Of a stretch of 64,000 nt of DNA, positions 1 to 9,422 are shown in pieces. Numbering within the stretch: the stretch's first letter is position 1; every line of letters starts with the position of its first letter. Under the pieces are notes generated by a model. It did no database searches, was not told the origin of the DNA, and worked only from the letters and a program-made list of their open reading frames with translations. The position numbers and the translations under genes were made by a program. This DNA is from Patescibacteria group bacterium (GTDB lineage Bacteria > Patescibacteriota > Patescibacteriia > UBA9570 > JAHJKD01): contig JAZDOC010000019.1 of assembly GCA_043798935.1 (NCBI GenBank), positions 10,322 to 74,321 of the forward strand. The letters are read 5' to 3'.

Positions 1-240
1 TTTCGCATTGTTTTTTTCGCCAACTGGAAAAAACTGGCACGAAAGCCACGGTTAAAGCCGCCACAAATAAATTCATGATAAAATCCGGAATTAAAAAACT
101 GGCACTATAAATGTCTAACTCGGTGCTGGCGCCAAATTGTCCGGCCAGTAATCTATCTCTAAGCAATCCAAAGCCATAGCTTCCAATTGACGATACAGCT
201 AACAACCCTGCACCAAAACTAATTGATTTGTTAAATTTCA
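1..240 (-). CDS. murJ: Lipid II flippase MurJ/MviN family, N-terminal part (gene continues beyond window start)
   Basis: Reverse-complement of 1-240 translates from ATG (238-240) as MKFNKSISFGAGLLAVSSIGSYGFGLLRDRLLAGQFGASTELDIYSASFLIPDFIMNLFVAALTVAFVPVF; LRDRLLA..FGAS.ELD.Y..SF.IP matches the conserved MurJ N-terminus. Not in the ORF track because it runs off the window edge. Confidence 0.55.
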
Positions 241-399
241 TATTAATATGATAAAGTTTCTAAACCGGCTTGTCCAGATCAGATTGTATAGCTTGTCTAG
301 GTCAGGTGATACAATACATTATTATCAAACATTGGTATTCATTTGCTATATTCTGATATATTTGTTATTATCTAACTGAAATTTAAAACATGATTTATT

Positions 400-545
400 C
401 TAGCTATCACTAGAAAAGTGTTCCGAAGAAAGCTGAATATTTAGCGATTAGACCGGAACGGGTAAGCCCGTAATAGCAGTAATTAAGTATAATTTAAGGT
501 GGTACCGCTCAAATGAGCCCTTATTGATAAGGGTTTTTTATTTAT
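400..545 (+). promoter_or_regulatory. T-box leader (tRNA-sensing riboswitch) upstream of ileS
   Basis: Conserved T-box sequence AAnnnGGTGGTACCGC at 491-509 (aatttaaggtggtaccgc) directly upstream of and partly complementary to a terminator hairpin. Stem I candidate gttccg(420-425)...cggaac(454-459). GNRA-like hairpin acggg-taag-cccgt at 457-470. The position before an aaRS gene is typical. Confidence 0.6.
518..545 (+). terminator. Intrinsic terminator of the ileS T-box leader (attenuator)
   Basis: cccttat(518-524)-tg-ataaggg(527-533), a 7-bp stem, followed by TTTTTTATTTATT. It ends 13 nt before the ileS ATG. Confidence 0.6.
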
Positions 546-557
546 TAAAATATAAAT

Positions 558-3401
558 ATGACGGAAAAAAAAAACAAATTTATAAATTTTGAAGAAGAAA
601 CATTAAAATTTTGGAATGAAAAGAAAATATTCGAAAAGAGCTTAGCTAAAGAATCGCCTCAAGGTGATTATGTCTTTTATGACGGTCCGCCATTTGCGAC
701 CGGCACGCCTCATTACGGGCATATTGTGGCATCACTAATGAAAGATGCTGTGCCGCGATTCTGGACCATGAACGGTTATCGTGTTGAACGACGTTGGGGC
801 TGGGATTGCCATGGATTGCCCATTGAAAATATCGTGGAAAAAGAAATGAATATTTTGAGCAAGAAACAGATTGAAGACGAGATTGGTATTGAAAAATTTA
901 ATGCCAGTTGTCGAAGTAAAGTTTTGATGTATGCTGATGAATGGAAAAAATTTATTCCCCGCATGGGTAGGTGGGTTGATATGGAAAATGCTTACAAAAC
1001 CATGGATCCTGATTTTATGGAAAGCATTTGGTGGGTATTCAAACAGCTTTGGGATAATAAATATATTTACGAGGGTCATAAATCCATGCATATTTGCCCC
1101 AGATGTGAAACCACCTTATCGCAATCTGAAGTTTCTCAAGGCTATAAAGAAGTTAAAGATATTTCAGTGATCGCAAAATTTAAACTTTTGGATGAAGATA
1201 ATACTTATATTTTAGCATGGACTACCACTCCGTGGACTCTACCTGGAAATGTTGCATTAGCCGTGGGCAACAATATTTACTATGTAAAAGTAAAAGCTGA
1301 TGGCGTACATTATATATTAGCGAAAGATGTGGTTGAGAAAATATTTGGTGATAAACCTTATGAAATTATTGAAAATTTACGCGGGATGAATTTATTGGAT
1401 AAAGCGTACGAGCCTTTATTCCCATATTTTGATAATCCGAATAATCGAGAAAAAGGTTTTCATGTTTACGATGGTGATTTTGTAATTACCGAAGAAGGAA
1501 CCGGCATTGTTCATATTGCACCGGCTTTTGGTGAAGACGATATGAAGCTCGGGCAGAGAAACAATTTGCCTTTCATTCAACATGTTGACAGCTCCGGACA
1601 CATGCAAAGCGAAGTGGTTGATTTTGCCGGTCAGAGTGTAAAACCATCAGAAGATCCACAAGTCATGGATATTAAAATTTTAAAGTGGTTAGCCGAGCAT
1701 GATAAATTATTTTCTAAAGAAAAATATACTCATACTTACCCGCATTGCTGGCGTTGTGATTCGCCATTATTAAATTATGCTACATCATCATGGTTCGTTA
1801 ATGTAACGGCTATGAAGGAAAAAATGATTAAATTAGCCGAAGAAATTAATTGGGTGCCGGCACATATTAAGCACGGTCGTTTTGGTAAATGGTTGGATGG
1901 TGCCCAAGACTGGTCTATTTCACGTCAGCGTTTCTGGGGGTCAGTGCTTCCAATTTGGCGCTGTGATAAATGCCAAGAAACACAAATATTTGGATCCAAG
2001 CAAGAATTAGAACAACGAACCAATCAAACCATAACCGATTTGCACAAAGATCAAATGGATAAAATAGTTTATGACTGTGATAAATGTTCCGGTGTTATGC
2101 GTCGTATTCCAGATGTTTTAGATTGTTGGTTTGAATCCGGTTCCATGCCTTATGCGCAAATGCATTACCCCATTGAAAATAAGGAAAAATTTGAGGCAAA
2201 TTTTCCGGCCGAGTTTATTGCCGAAGGAGTGGATCAAACTCGTTGTTGGTTTTATTATTTACTTGTTTTAGCCACCGGTGTTAAAGCTAAAATTCCTTTT
2301 AAAAATGTAATTGCGAATGGCATCGTACTTGCTGAAGACGGACAAAAAATGTCCAAACGTTTAAGAAATTATCCTGATCCAAATCAAGTTATCAACAAAT
2401 ATGGCGCCGATGCTTTGCGTTATTATTTATTAACTTCACCCGTTATGAAGGGCGATACTTTATTATTTTCCGAAAAGGTAGTTGATGAAGTATTTAAAAA
2501 GTTAATCATGATATTGGAAAATGTTTTAACTTTTTACAAAATGTATGCGACCAGCGGAATAGTTGGCACAACAAATTCGACAAATGTTATCGATCGTTGG
2601 ATATTGGCTAAACTTGAAGTTCTAAAACAAGAGGTAACAAACCAAATGCGCGCTTATGATTTGGTATTAGCTTCCCGACCCATTATCGAGTTTGTTAGCG
2701 AGCTTTCCACGTGGTATTTGCGTCGTAGCCGGGATCGTTTTAAGAGTGCAGATTTAGACGACAAAAATAATGCATTAAGTACTATGGCTTATGTTTTAAA
2801 TACGCTGAGTAAAATTTTAGCACCATTTACACCTTTTACAGCTGAACGTTTGTATCAGCAAGTATTTGGCAGTTTAGAGTCAGTGCATCTTGAAGCGTGG
2901 CCGACGGCGCAAAGCGAATTGATCAATGAAAGCTTATTAAGCGACATGAAAAAAATTCGCGAAGCCGTTGAGAAAGGTTTAGCGCTACGGGAAGAAGCTA
3001 AAATTAAAGTTCGCCAACCATTAAATAATTTACAAATTATAGAAGCGGTTGAAGATGAGAATCTATTAGCTTTATTAAAAGCCGAAGTAAATGTTAAAAA
3101 TATTTCCATCGGATCAGACTACCAACTCGATACTGCGCTGACTCCAGAATTAGTGAACGAGGGATTGCTTCGCGAACTAGTGCGCGCAATTAATGCCATG
3201 CGAAAGAAATTATCTCTAACTATCGCAGATAAAGCGTTAGTAACTTATCAGACAAACGATGTAGCTTTAGTTAAAATAATTAAAGATAATTTGAAATATT
3301 TAATGGCCAAAACAAAAACTCAAGAATTTATTGCTGGCCCGGCTGATCAAGAAGTAAAAATTAATGACAAAGTAATTAATTTGAAAATTGACAAAGTATA
3401 A
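558..3401 (+). CDS. ileS: Isoleucyl-tRNA synthetase
   Basis: 947 aa. Class I HIGH motif PPFATGTPHYGH, KMSKR (KMSKS variant), GWDCHGLPIE, CWRCDSPL zinc knuckle. Matches the overall IleS architecture. Confidence 0.9.
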   Translation: MTEKKNKFINFEEETLKFWNEKKIFEKSLAKESPQGDYVFYDGPPFATGTPHYGHIVASLMKDAVPRFWTMNGYRVERRWGWDCHGLPIENIVEKEMNILSKKQIEDEIGIEKFNASCRSKVLMYADEWKKFIPRMGRWVDMENAYKTMDPDFMESIWWVFKQLWDNKYIYEGHKSMHICPRCETTLSQSEVSQGYKEVKDISVIAKFKLLDEDNTYILAWTTTPWTLPGNVALAVGNNIYYVKVKADGVHYILAKDVVEKIFGDKPYEIIENLRGMNLLDKAYEPLFPYFDNPNNREKGFHVYDGDFVITEEGTGIVHIAPAFGEDDMKLGQRNNLPFIQHVDSSGHMQSEVVDFAGQSVKPSEDPQVMDIKILKWLAEHDKLFSKEKYTHTYPHCWRCDSPLLNYATSSWFVNVTAMKEKMIKLAEEINWVPAHIKHGRFGKWLDGAQDWSISRQRFWGSVLPIWRCDKCQETQIFGSKQELEQRTNQTITDLHKDQMDKIVYDCDKCSGVMRRIPDVLDCWFESGSMPYAQMHYPIENKEKFEANFPAEFIAEGVDQTRCWFYYLLVLATGVKAKIPFKNVIANGIVLAEDGQKMSKRLRNYPDPNQVINKYGADALRYYLLTSPVMKGDTLLFSEKVVDEVFKKLIMILENVLTFYKMYATSGIVGTTNSTNVIDRWILAKLEVLKQEVTNQMRAYDLVLASRPIIEFVSELSTWYLRRSRDRFKSADLDDKNNALSTMAYVLNTLSKILAPFTPFTAERLYQQVFGSLESVHLEAWPTAQSELINESLLSDMKKIREAVEKGLALREEAKIKVRQPLNNLQIIEAVEDENLLALLKAEVNVKNISIGSDYQLDTALTPELVNEGLLRELVRAINAMRKKLSLTIADKALVTYQTNDVALVKIIKDNLKYLMAKTKTQEFIAGPADQEVKINDKVINLKIDKV

Positions 3402-3410
3402 AAAGCGTTT

Positions 3411-4034
3411 ATGGCGATTACATTTAAGTCACCCGGCGTTATAATTACATATAAAGATTATAAAGAAGCTGACCGGTTGTATACGATTTACACTTTAAAC
3501 TATGGCAAGCTTCATTTGCGAGCCGTGGGAGTTAAAAAGATAAAGTCCAAATTAAGCGGTCATCTCGAGCCGTTATGTGAGAGTGATTTATTCATGGCGA
3601 AAAGTAAAACCATTTCTATTATTGGCGGTGCCAGAATAATTAATAGCCATAAGAAAATTAAATTAGACATAGATAAAATCAGAATTATTAATTATTGTTT
3701 AGCGATTTTTAATGATTTGGTTTTAGAAGAACAAGCTGATGAAGAATTGTATTGTTTGTTAACTGGGTTATTGGATTTTGCAAACAGTTACAGTATAAAT
3801 GAACTTATTGAAATTTCATTTGTTTTAAAACTGCTAAATAATCTTGGCTTGCAACCAAATTATTCAGATTATAATAATGATTTGGCAAAAATATTAAGTT
3901 TTTTAAGTCGAGATGATTTTGCTAGTGTTAGCAGATTGCGTTTAACTCAAAAACAGTGGGTTATCCTAAATAATACATTTATAAATCTGATAAAAATTAA
4001 TCAGAATAAAGAATTTACAAAGCTTGTAAAATAA
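3411..4034 (+). CDS. recO: DNA repair protein RecO (short form)
   Basis: 207 aa. N-terminal OB-fold pattern GVIITYKDYKEADRLYTIYTLNYGKLHLRAVGVKK..S.L...LEPL follows the RecO consensus (GIVL..Y.E.DRI..L.T...GK.....G.++). Confidence 0.6.
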   Translation: MAITFKSPGVIITYKDYKEADRLYTIYTLNYGKLHLRAVGVKKIKSKLSGHLEPLCESDLFMAKSKTISIIGGARIINSHKKIKLDIDKIRIINYCLAIFNDLVLEEQADEELYCLLTGLLDFANSYSINELIEISFVLKLLNNLGLQPNYSDYNNDLAKILSFLSRDDFASVSRLRLTQKQWVILNNTFINLIKINQNKEFTKLVK

Positions 4035-4048
4035 AGTATAATGGTCTC

Positions 4049-5989
4049 ATGTCAAAAGCAATTAAAACCAATAAAAGTTCAAAAAAAGTCATTAATCCTA
4101 CAGAAATTGAAGAAGACCTTAAAAATGAAGAAATTAAGAAACAAGATAACGACGTAAAAAATGAAGAGTCTAAACCAGAAGTTGAGGAAGAAAAACCAAA
4201 AATAAAAAAAACAGACACCTCAGAAAAAAACAAGGCTTTTTTTAAATTTCAAGACCATAAATCAAAGAAAAAAACAAATCAAAATACTGAACAAATCGAT
4301 GATATTTATCAAATTCAAGACGGAGAAGAAATTGACATGACAAAAATGGAAAAAAAGCCTACTAAAAGCAAAGGTTTGTTTGTATTTTTTACTTTGATTT
4401 TTTTAATGATACTAGCCGGTGCTACCGTAGCCGGATTTTATGTTTTTAATAATGATTTTTCCGATAGTAGCGGTGGAAAAGTCCAATTATCAATAAACAT
4501 GGCTGATGAAATTGCTTCAGGCGATCAATTGGAAATTAAAATTGTCTATGACAATCAAGACACAGCCTCAATCAAGGAGGGAACAATATCTATTCATTAT
4601 CCAGATGGTTTTTATTTTCAAAAGGCCGATCCTCAGCCAAATACTTCTGATAATTCTTGGAATATTGCTAATATCGCCGGTGGAGCCGGTGGAAAAATTA
4701 CTATTACTGGTCAGATGGTTGGTGAATTAAATGCAATTAAAGAATTTACCGGGTTTATTACTTATTTACCCGACAACTTTAATTCTACTTTTCAAAATAC
4801 AAATAAAAAAAGTATCACAATTAACGATACCATTGTAAACTTAGAAACTAGCTTGCCACAGATTGCGGTTTCGGGTCAGGAAATAGAATATAAAATTAAA
4901 TTTACTAATACGGCTGATTTGCCACTACCGAATGTAAAAGCGGTTGTCACTTACCCAGATGGTTTTTTAGTAAGTTCAGCTGATCCGCAAGCAACGCTTA
5001 ATAACAACACTTGGCGTTTCGAAGAATTGGAGTCTAATGTGGAAAAAGAAATTATTATTAAAGGTGTATTAAATGGCGATGAATCGAAAAGTAGGGAATT
5101 TAAATTTCAACTTGGCCTGGAAGAGCCTAACGGAGCATTTAATTTACAAAATGAAAAAGTCGATGCTATCTTATTAGTTAAACCGGATTTATCGCTCAAA
5201 TTAGAAGGCCCCGATTCAGCAAAAGCCGAAGATGAAATTACTTATAATATTACAATTAGCAATAATTCCGACATTGCCATTAACAACATTATTGCTAAGT
5301 TAAAAATTGATAACGAGCTAGCCACCAAAAAAATCTATACTTTAGATGAAATTACATCTTTAAGTCCGGGCGAGAAAAAAGATTTAACCCAAGTTGTTAA
5401 AATCAAAAAGAAACTGCCAGAAGGCACAAAAAATGTTGATGCTACTTTAAGTATTGATCAAGCAAAAGTTGAAAACCAGGCTATTAGTATTTCTACTCAA
5501 GCAACTAAAGAAAGTTATTTTCAGGCCGAGCTAAGTTTCAATGCCGAAGCTCGCTATTATGATGACGATCTTACCAAAATAGGTCAAGGACCAATTCCAC
5601 CTGTAATCGGCCAAACCACGGCTTATGTAGTGTATTGGGATTTAGCATCAATTAGTGGTGAAGTTTCTAATATTGAAATTTCCGCACCGCTGGCAGAGTA
5701 TATCAATAAAGTCGAATCCGACGACAATATTAAATATGATGCCGAAACTAATCAAATATCTTGGAAAATAAAGAAATTAGCTGATAGTGCATCTAAACAT
5801 GGTAAATTTACAATTTATATAACACCCACGAAAGATTTAATCAACAAACTTTTAGTAATTACTAAGGAAGCTGTAATTAATGCTATTGATACCAATAGCC
5901 AACAAAATATTTCTTTTACTAATGCGCAATTAACTTCTGATTTACCAAGTGATCCGGCCGCTTCTGGAAAAGGCGTGGTCGAGCAATAA
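4049..5989 (+). CDS. Membrane-anchored surface protein with tandem DUF11/CARDB-like beta-sandwich repeats
   Basis: 646 aa. K/E-rich low-complexity N-terminus (about 110 aa), a single TM helix (LFVFFTLIFLMILAGATVAGFYVF), then at least 3-4 degenerate repeats of about 110 aa (e.g. GDQLEIKIVYDNQ..YPDGFYFQKADPQ / GQEIEYKIKFTNT..YPDGFLVSSADPQ / AEDEITYNITISNN). Confidence 0.55.
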   Translation: MSKAIKTNKSSKKVINPTEIEEDLKNEEIKKQDNDVKNEESKPEVEEEKPKIKKTDTSEKNKAFFKFQDHKSKKKTNQNTEQIDDIYQIQDGEEIDMTKMEKKPTKSKGLFVFFTLIFLMILAGATVAGFYVFNNDFSDSSGGKVQLSINMADEIASGDQLEIKIVYDNQDTASIKEGTISIHYPDGFYFQKADPQPNTSDNSWNIANIAGGAGGKITITGQMVGELNAIKEFTGFITYLPDNFNSTFQNTNKKSITINDTIVNLETSLPQIAVSGQEIEYKIKFTNTADLPLPNVKAVVTYPDGFLVSSADPQATLNNNTWRFEELESNVEKEIIIKGVLNGDESKSREFKFQLGLEEPNGAFNLQNEKVDAILLVKPDLSLKLEGPDSAKAEDEITYNITISNNSDIAINNIIAKLKIDNELATKKIYTLDEITSLSPGEKKDLTQVVKIKKKLPEGTKNVDATLSIDQAKVENQAISISTQATKESYFQAELSFNAEARYYDDDLTKIGQGPIPPVIGQTTAYVVYWDLASISGEVSNIEISAPLAEYINKVESDDNIKYDAETNQISWKIKKLADSASKHGKFTIYITPTKDLINKLLVITKEAVINAIDTNSQQNISFTNAQLTSDLPSDPAASGKGVVEQ

Positions 5990-5991
5990 TC

Positions 5992-7080
5992 ATGAATCAT
6001 TTTAAAATACTCAAACAAAAAAATGGTTTTAGACGCGGTCTTTTAAAAACCGCTCATGGCAATATTAAAACGCCGTTTTTCATGCCCATTGCCACCCGAG
6101 GCTCGGTAAAATTTTTGCATAATCAAGATTTTAAAACTTTAAAAAATCAAATTTTATTAAGCAATACTTATCATTTATATTTACGGCCTGGTTTGGATGT
6201 TTTACAAAAAGCGCAAGGTCTTCATGCTTTCATGAATTGGCATAAACCAATTCTTACTGATTCCGGCGGGTATCAAGTTTATTCTCTTAAAGAAATGCGC
6301 CAAATTCAAGCCCGTGGTGTTAAATTTAAATCGACTTATGATGGATCAAATCATTTTTTTACGCCTGAAAAAGTTATTGATATTCAAAAAATAATCGGCT
6401 CCGATATTATGATGGTGCTAGATGAATGCACTCCTTATCCGTGTGCTAAAGATTATGCCACTAGTTCTATTGAATTAACCACTAATTGGGCAGAGCGCAG
6501 TTATAAGCATTTTAAAAAGAAAAAAAGCTCGGCACTTTTGTTTGCCATAGTTCAAGGGTCTACTTATAAAGATCTTCGCGAAAAAAGTGCGCGCGATTTA
6601 ACCGCCATTTATTTTGATGGTTTTGCCATTGGAGGGTTAGCCGTGGGGGAACCGGTTGAAAAAATGTATGAATCCATTGAATGGGTTTCGCCACTTTTAC
6701 CGGAAGATAAACCGCGCTATTTAATGGGCGTTGGTCAGCCCGAACAAATTTTAGAAGCCGTGCGTCGCGGAGTCGACATGTTTGATTGTGTTTTGCCTAC
6801 CCGAAATGCCCGACATGGATTTTTATATGCCAATTTGAAATTAGCTAAAAATTTATCGAGTTTAAAATACGACATTTTACGCATTACTAAAACTGATTAT
6901 AGAACAGATTTGCATGTACTAGATAAAAATTGCTCTTGTACAACTTGCAAAAGCGGTTATTCGCGGGCTTATATTCGTCATTTGTTTTCGGTTAATGAAC
7001 CGCTGGCTATGCGTTTATGCACTGTACATAATGTAAATTTTTATTTAAACTTAATGCGTCAAATTAGAGATAATATTTAA
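5992..7080 (+). CDS. tgt: Queuine tRNA-ribosyltransferase
   Basis: 362 aa. FMPIATRGSVKFL, LTDSGGYQV, DECTPYP, LMGVGQPE, zinc site CSCTTCKSGYSRAYIRHL. Confidence 0.9.
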   Translation: MNHFKILKQKNGFRRGLLKTAHGNIKTPFFMPIATRGSVKFLHNQDFKTLKNQILLSNTYHLYLRPGLDVLQKAQGLHAFMNWHKPILTDSGGYQVYSLKEMRQIQARGVKFKSTYDGSNHFFTPEKVIDIQKIIGSDIMMVLDECTPYPCAKDYATSSIELTTNWAERSYKHFKKKKSSALLFAIVQGSTYKDLREKSARDLTAIYFDGFAIGGLAVGEPVEKMYESIEWVSPLLPEDKPRYLMGVGQPEQILEAVRRGVDMFDCVLPTRNARHGFLYANLKLAKNLSSLKYDILRITKTDYRTDLHVLDKNCSCTTCKSGYSRAYIRHLFSVNEPLAMRLCTVHNVNFYLNLMRQIRDNI

Positions 7081-7102
7081 TAATAATAAAAATTAATAAA
7101 AT

Positions 7103-7280
7103 ATGCTTAGTTTAAACTTAATTTTCTCTGTTGCCATTGGCATTTTAGTCGCCCTGATTATTTTTGCCATAATAAAGAAATTATTCAAGTTCTTCTTTAT
7201 TATACTAGTGGTTTTAGCATCTTTGGGGTTTGCTTGGTATGTAATTATTAAACTCGGCATTGAATTTAGCTTAACTTAAA
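7103..7280 (+). CDS. Small hydrophobic protein (59 aa, 2 predicted TM)
   Basis: ATG at 7103; MLSLNLIFSVAIGILVALIIFAIIKKLFKFFFIILVVLASLGFAWYVIIKLGIEFSLT*. Below the ORF-track size cutoff; it fills the tgt to next-gene gap. Confidence 0.35.
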
Positions 7281-7283
7281 AAT

Positions 7284-7658
7284 ATGGAGCAATACGTGAG
7301 CGAATACCGAGATATGAAAAAAGTCTATGCTTTATGGGCTGGATTAATAATATCGAATGCCATGTATTTTTTTGTTATCTATTATCTCAATTTAAATACT
7401 GATATTTTAAAGCCATTTTTACAATGGCCGCGATTTTTTATATTAATTTTAAGTTTTCAGCTTTTACTAATAGCTCTAGCAGTTTTTTTTAAATTTTCTC
7501 AGCATCGTGAGCATATTGCCTGGGTCATGGCCGACAGTGTCGGAGTAATTGGTTTTTTGTATTTTTGGCTATGGGGGTATAATCCTTTTTTCTATGCCAA
7601 CTTTGCTACTTCGTTTTTACTGATTCTAATTCTCGGGCCATATCTTCATTTTGATTAA
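7284..7658 (+). CDS. Integral membrane protein, function unknown
   Basis: 124 aa, 3-4 hydrophobic helices, no recognisable motif. Confidence 0.5.
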   Translation: MEQYVSEYRDMKKVYALWAGLIISNAMYFFVIYYLNLNTDILKPFLQWPRFFILILSFQLLLIALAVFFKFSQHREHIAWVMADSVGVIGFLYFWLWGYNPFFYANFATSFLLILILGPYLHFD

Positions 7659-7692
7659 TAAACTAATTAATTTAATAATTTATAATAAATAT

Positions 7693-8853
7693 ATGACTCA
7701 ACATGATAAATTACCCAAACCATCTAAACCAGTAGATCCTCGCGATCCTTCAGTTGATGCAGGTGAAACGAATGCTAGAATAGAAGCACGAAGAAAAATT
7801 GATAATTCAATGAAAGTTTTAAGAGAGTTTTTATTTAAAAGTTATCAATCACCACAGGAACAGTATCGTGAAATCAGTAATAATAGAGCTCATTTTGATA
7901 CATTGTTTAAAAATAGTGAACATTTGAGAGGTGCTGATATCAGCGGCTTACAAGCCATTGAACAACAATTTTGTATTTTATTATTGGGTAATGACGATTT
8001 TTTATATGACCCAGACATGCGAGTAATCGCACAGAAATTAGTGCGCTTGAATAATGATGTTGAACAAAGAATTTTTCCTGATCGCTATACTTCTCTTGAA
8101 GCCGCCGAAGCCATGGAAAAAAGTCAACATGCTATACAACCGACAGATAACTCGATGATAATGGGCTTGCAAAGGCTTACTTATTTACGAATGGCTACTG
8201 ATCCTAAGACTGTTCATGGACAGATGCAAAAAGCTTTAAAAGACAAGCCAGCATCTATACGCAGAGATCCACAAGTTTCTACTGGTGATTTCGAGGATAG
8301 TCCTGGGCTTAGGGATGAATCAGCTACAATTAGGCATTATGCTGAAGGTGTAGTGCCGACATATAGTGATCAAGCGGAACCAGCCTCAACTCAACCTGCC
8401 GTGGTTCGTATCGAGCGTCAAAGCCCGGAGCAACTACATGCCAGAATCTTAGAAGGATTAACCGGCATGAAACGCGATCTTGAGTTTATCAAACAAGCAA
8501 TTGATAATGGCGCTACTAATTTATTAGGATTTAAAAGCAATGAACAATATAAAGATTTAGTTACATTATTCGATAATAGTGAATTCCAACCTATAGATTA
8601 TGAAAGAGAGCTCTTGGACTTACAAACCCAATTTGATGGCCTACAAGCACAACATCCGGAAATAATGGCCACAGCCATACGGATTAATTTTGAATTTGAT
8701 TTATTAAGTAAATGGTTAGAGAGTACTAGATCAACCGTAACTCCCATTAACAGAGGCTTAAAATTTAAACAAACAGCATACCATGATGCTGTACAAAGCC
8801 AGAGTACGTCTATTGGTTTTTGGGCCAGGGTTAAAAAAACATTAGGCATTTAA
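7693..8853 (+). CDS. Hypothetical soluble protein, compositionally atypical (orphan)
   Basis: The ORF is open from TTG at 7651, but the first ATG is 7693 (MTQHDKLPKP...). No TM helices and no known motif. It is Q/E/R/D/P-rich and poor in K/I/N compared with neighbouring genes. Local GC is visibly higher. Confidence 0.55.
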   Translation: MTQHDKLPKPSKPVDPRDPSVDAGETNARIEARRKIDNSMKVLREFLFKSYQSPQEQYREISNNRAHFDTLFKNSEHLRGADISGLQAIEQQFCILLLGNDDFLYDPDMRVIAQKLVRLNNDVEQRIFPDRYTSLEAAEAMEKSQHAIQPTDNSMIMGLQRLTYLRMATDPKTVHGQMQKALKDKPASIRRDPQVSTGDFEDSPGLRDESATIRHYAEGVVPTYSDQAEPASTQPAVVRIERQSPEQLHARILEGLTGMKRDLEFIKQAIDNGATNLLGFKSNEQYKDLVTLFDNSEFQPIDYERELLDLQTQFDGLQAQHPEIMATAIRINFEFDLLSKWLESTRSTVTPINRGLKFKQTAYHDAVQSQSTSIGFWARVKKTLGI

Positions 8854-8908
8854 AATTAGATCAAATATAAGGTTGCTGGCTAAAGTCAGCCGATTAAAAG
8901 AATTTTGA

Positions 8909-8938
8909 TTGCAAATGAAACATATTTTATGGTATAAT
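8909..8938 (+). promoter_or_regulatory. Putative sigma70-type promoter with extended -10
   Basis: TTGCAA (8909-8914), 18-nt spacer, TGgTATAAT (8930-8938), 40 nt upstream of the 8979 ORF. Confidence 0.35.
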
Positions 8939-8978
8939 AAAACTTGATTTAAATTTTAACAAATTAATATTAAAAATC

Positions 8979-9302
8979 ATGGATGAGGCCATGTTTCCTA
9001 GAACTGCACGCTTACCGATTCATGAACAAGCCATCAAAACTGCTAAAATGAGATCAGAGTTGAAAACAATTAATCCCAGTAAAACTATTACCGGTGCAGA
9101 ACAAGATATTGAAAATTGGCATATTGATTTATTATTTTCTAAATTACAAGATTGGCTACAAACTAGAATTACTCATATTAAATATAGCTTTGAGCTGGTT
9201 GATTTTATAGATATTCCATATATTGATATATTAATCGATAAAATAAGGTCTTATCAATTAAATAATCGTGATGAGAGATTGATATATATTCGAAATAATT
9301 AG
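8979..9302 (+). CDS. Hypothetical protein (107 aa)
   Basis: ORF only. No motif. Composition is similar to the 7693-8853 gene. Confidence 0.4.
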   Translation: MDEAMFPRTARLPIHEQAIKTAKMRSELKTINPSKTITGAEQDIENWHIDLLFSKLQDWLQTRITHIKYSFELVDFIDIPYIDILIDKIRSYQLNNRDERLIYIRNN

Positions 9303-9422
9303 CATATTTGCACATCCAAATAAAAGATATTAAAGTAAAATAAGTCGTCAGGCTGAAAACGCCGCTTATAGCGCTTTAATGAAAATCGAACCTTTAATTG
9401 AAATAGAAGATTTATAATTTAC

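Noticed and set aside
735-1170. Antisense and alternate-frame ORFs (735-1091 -, 776-964 -, 931-1170 +) inside ileS
   Set aside because: They are fully embedded in a highly conserved ileS reading frame. Their predicted proteins are low-complexity. Such ORFs arise by chance in AT-rich DNA with few stop codons on the opposite strand.
7651-7692. TTG start at 7651 for the 400-aa ORF as given in the ORF track
   Set aside because: The first 14 codons overlap the previous gene and encode only I/N/K/L/Y from A/T-only sequence. ATG 7693 is the more plausible start. The feature is annotated from there at reduced confidence.
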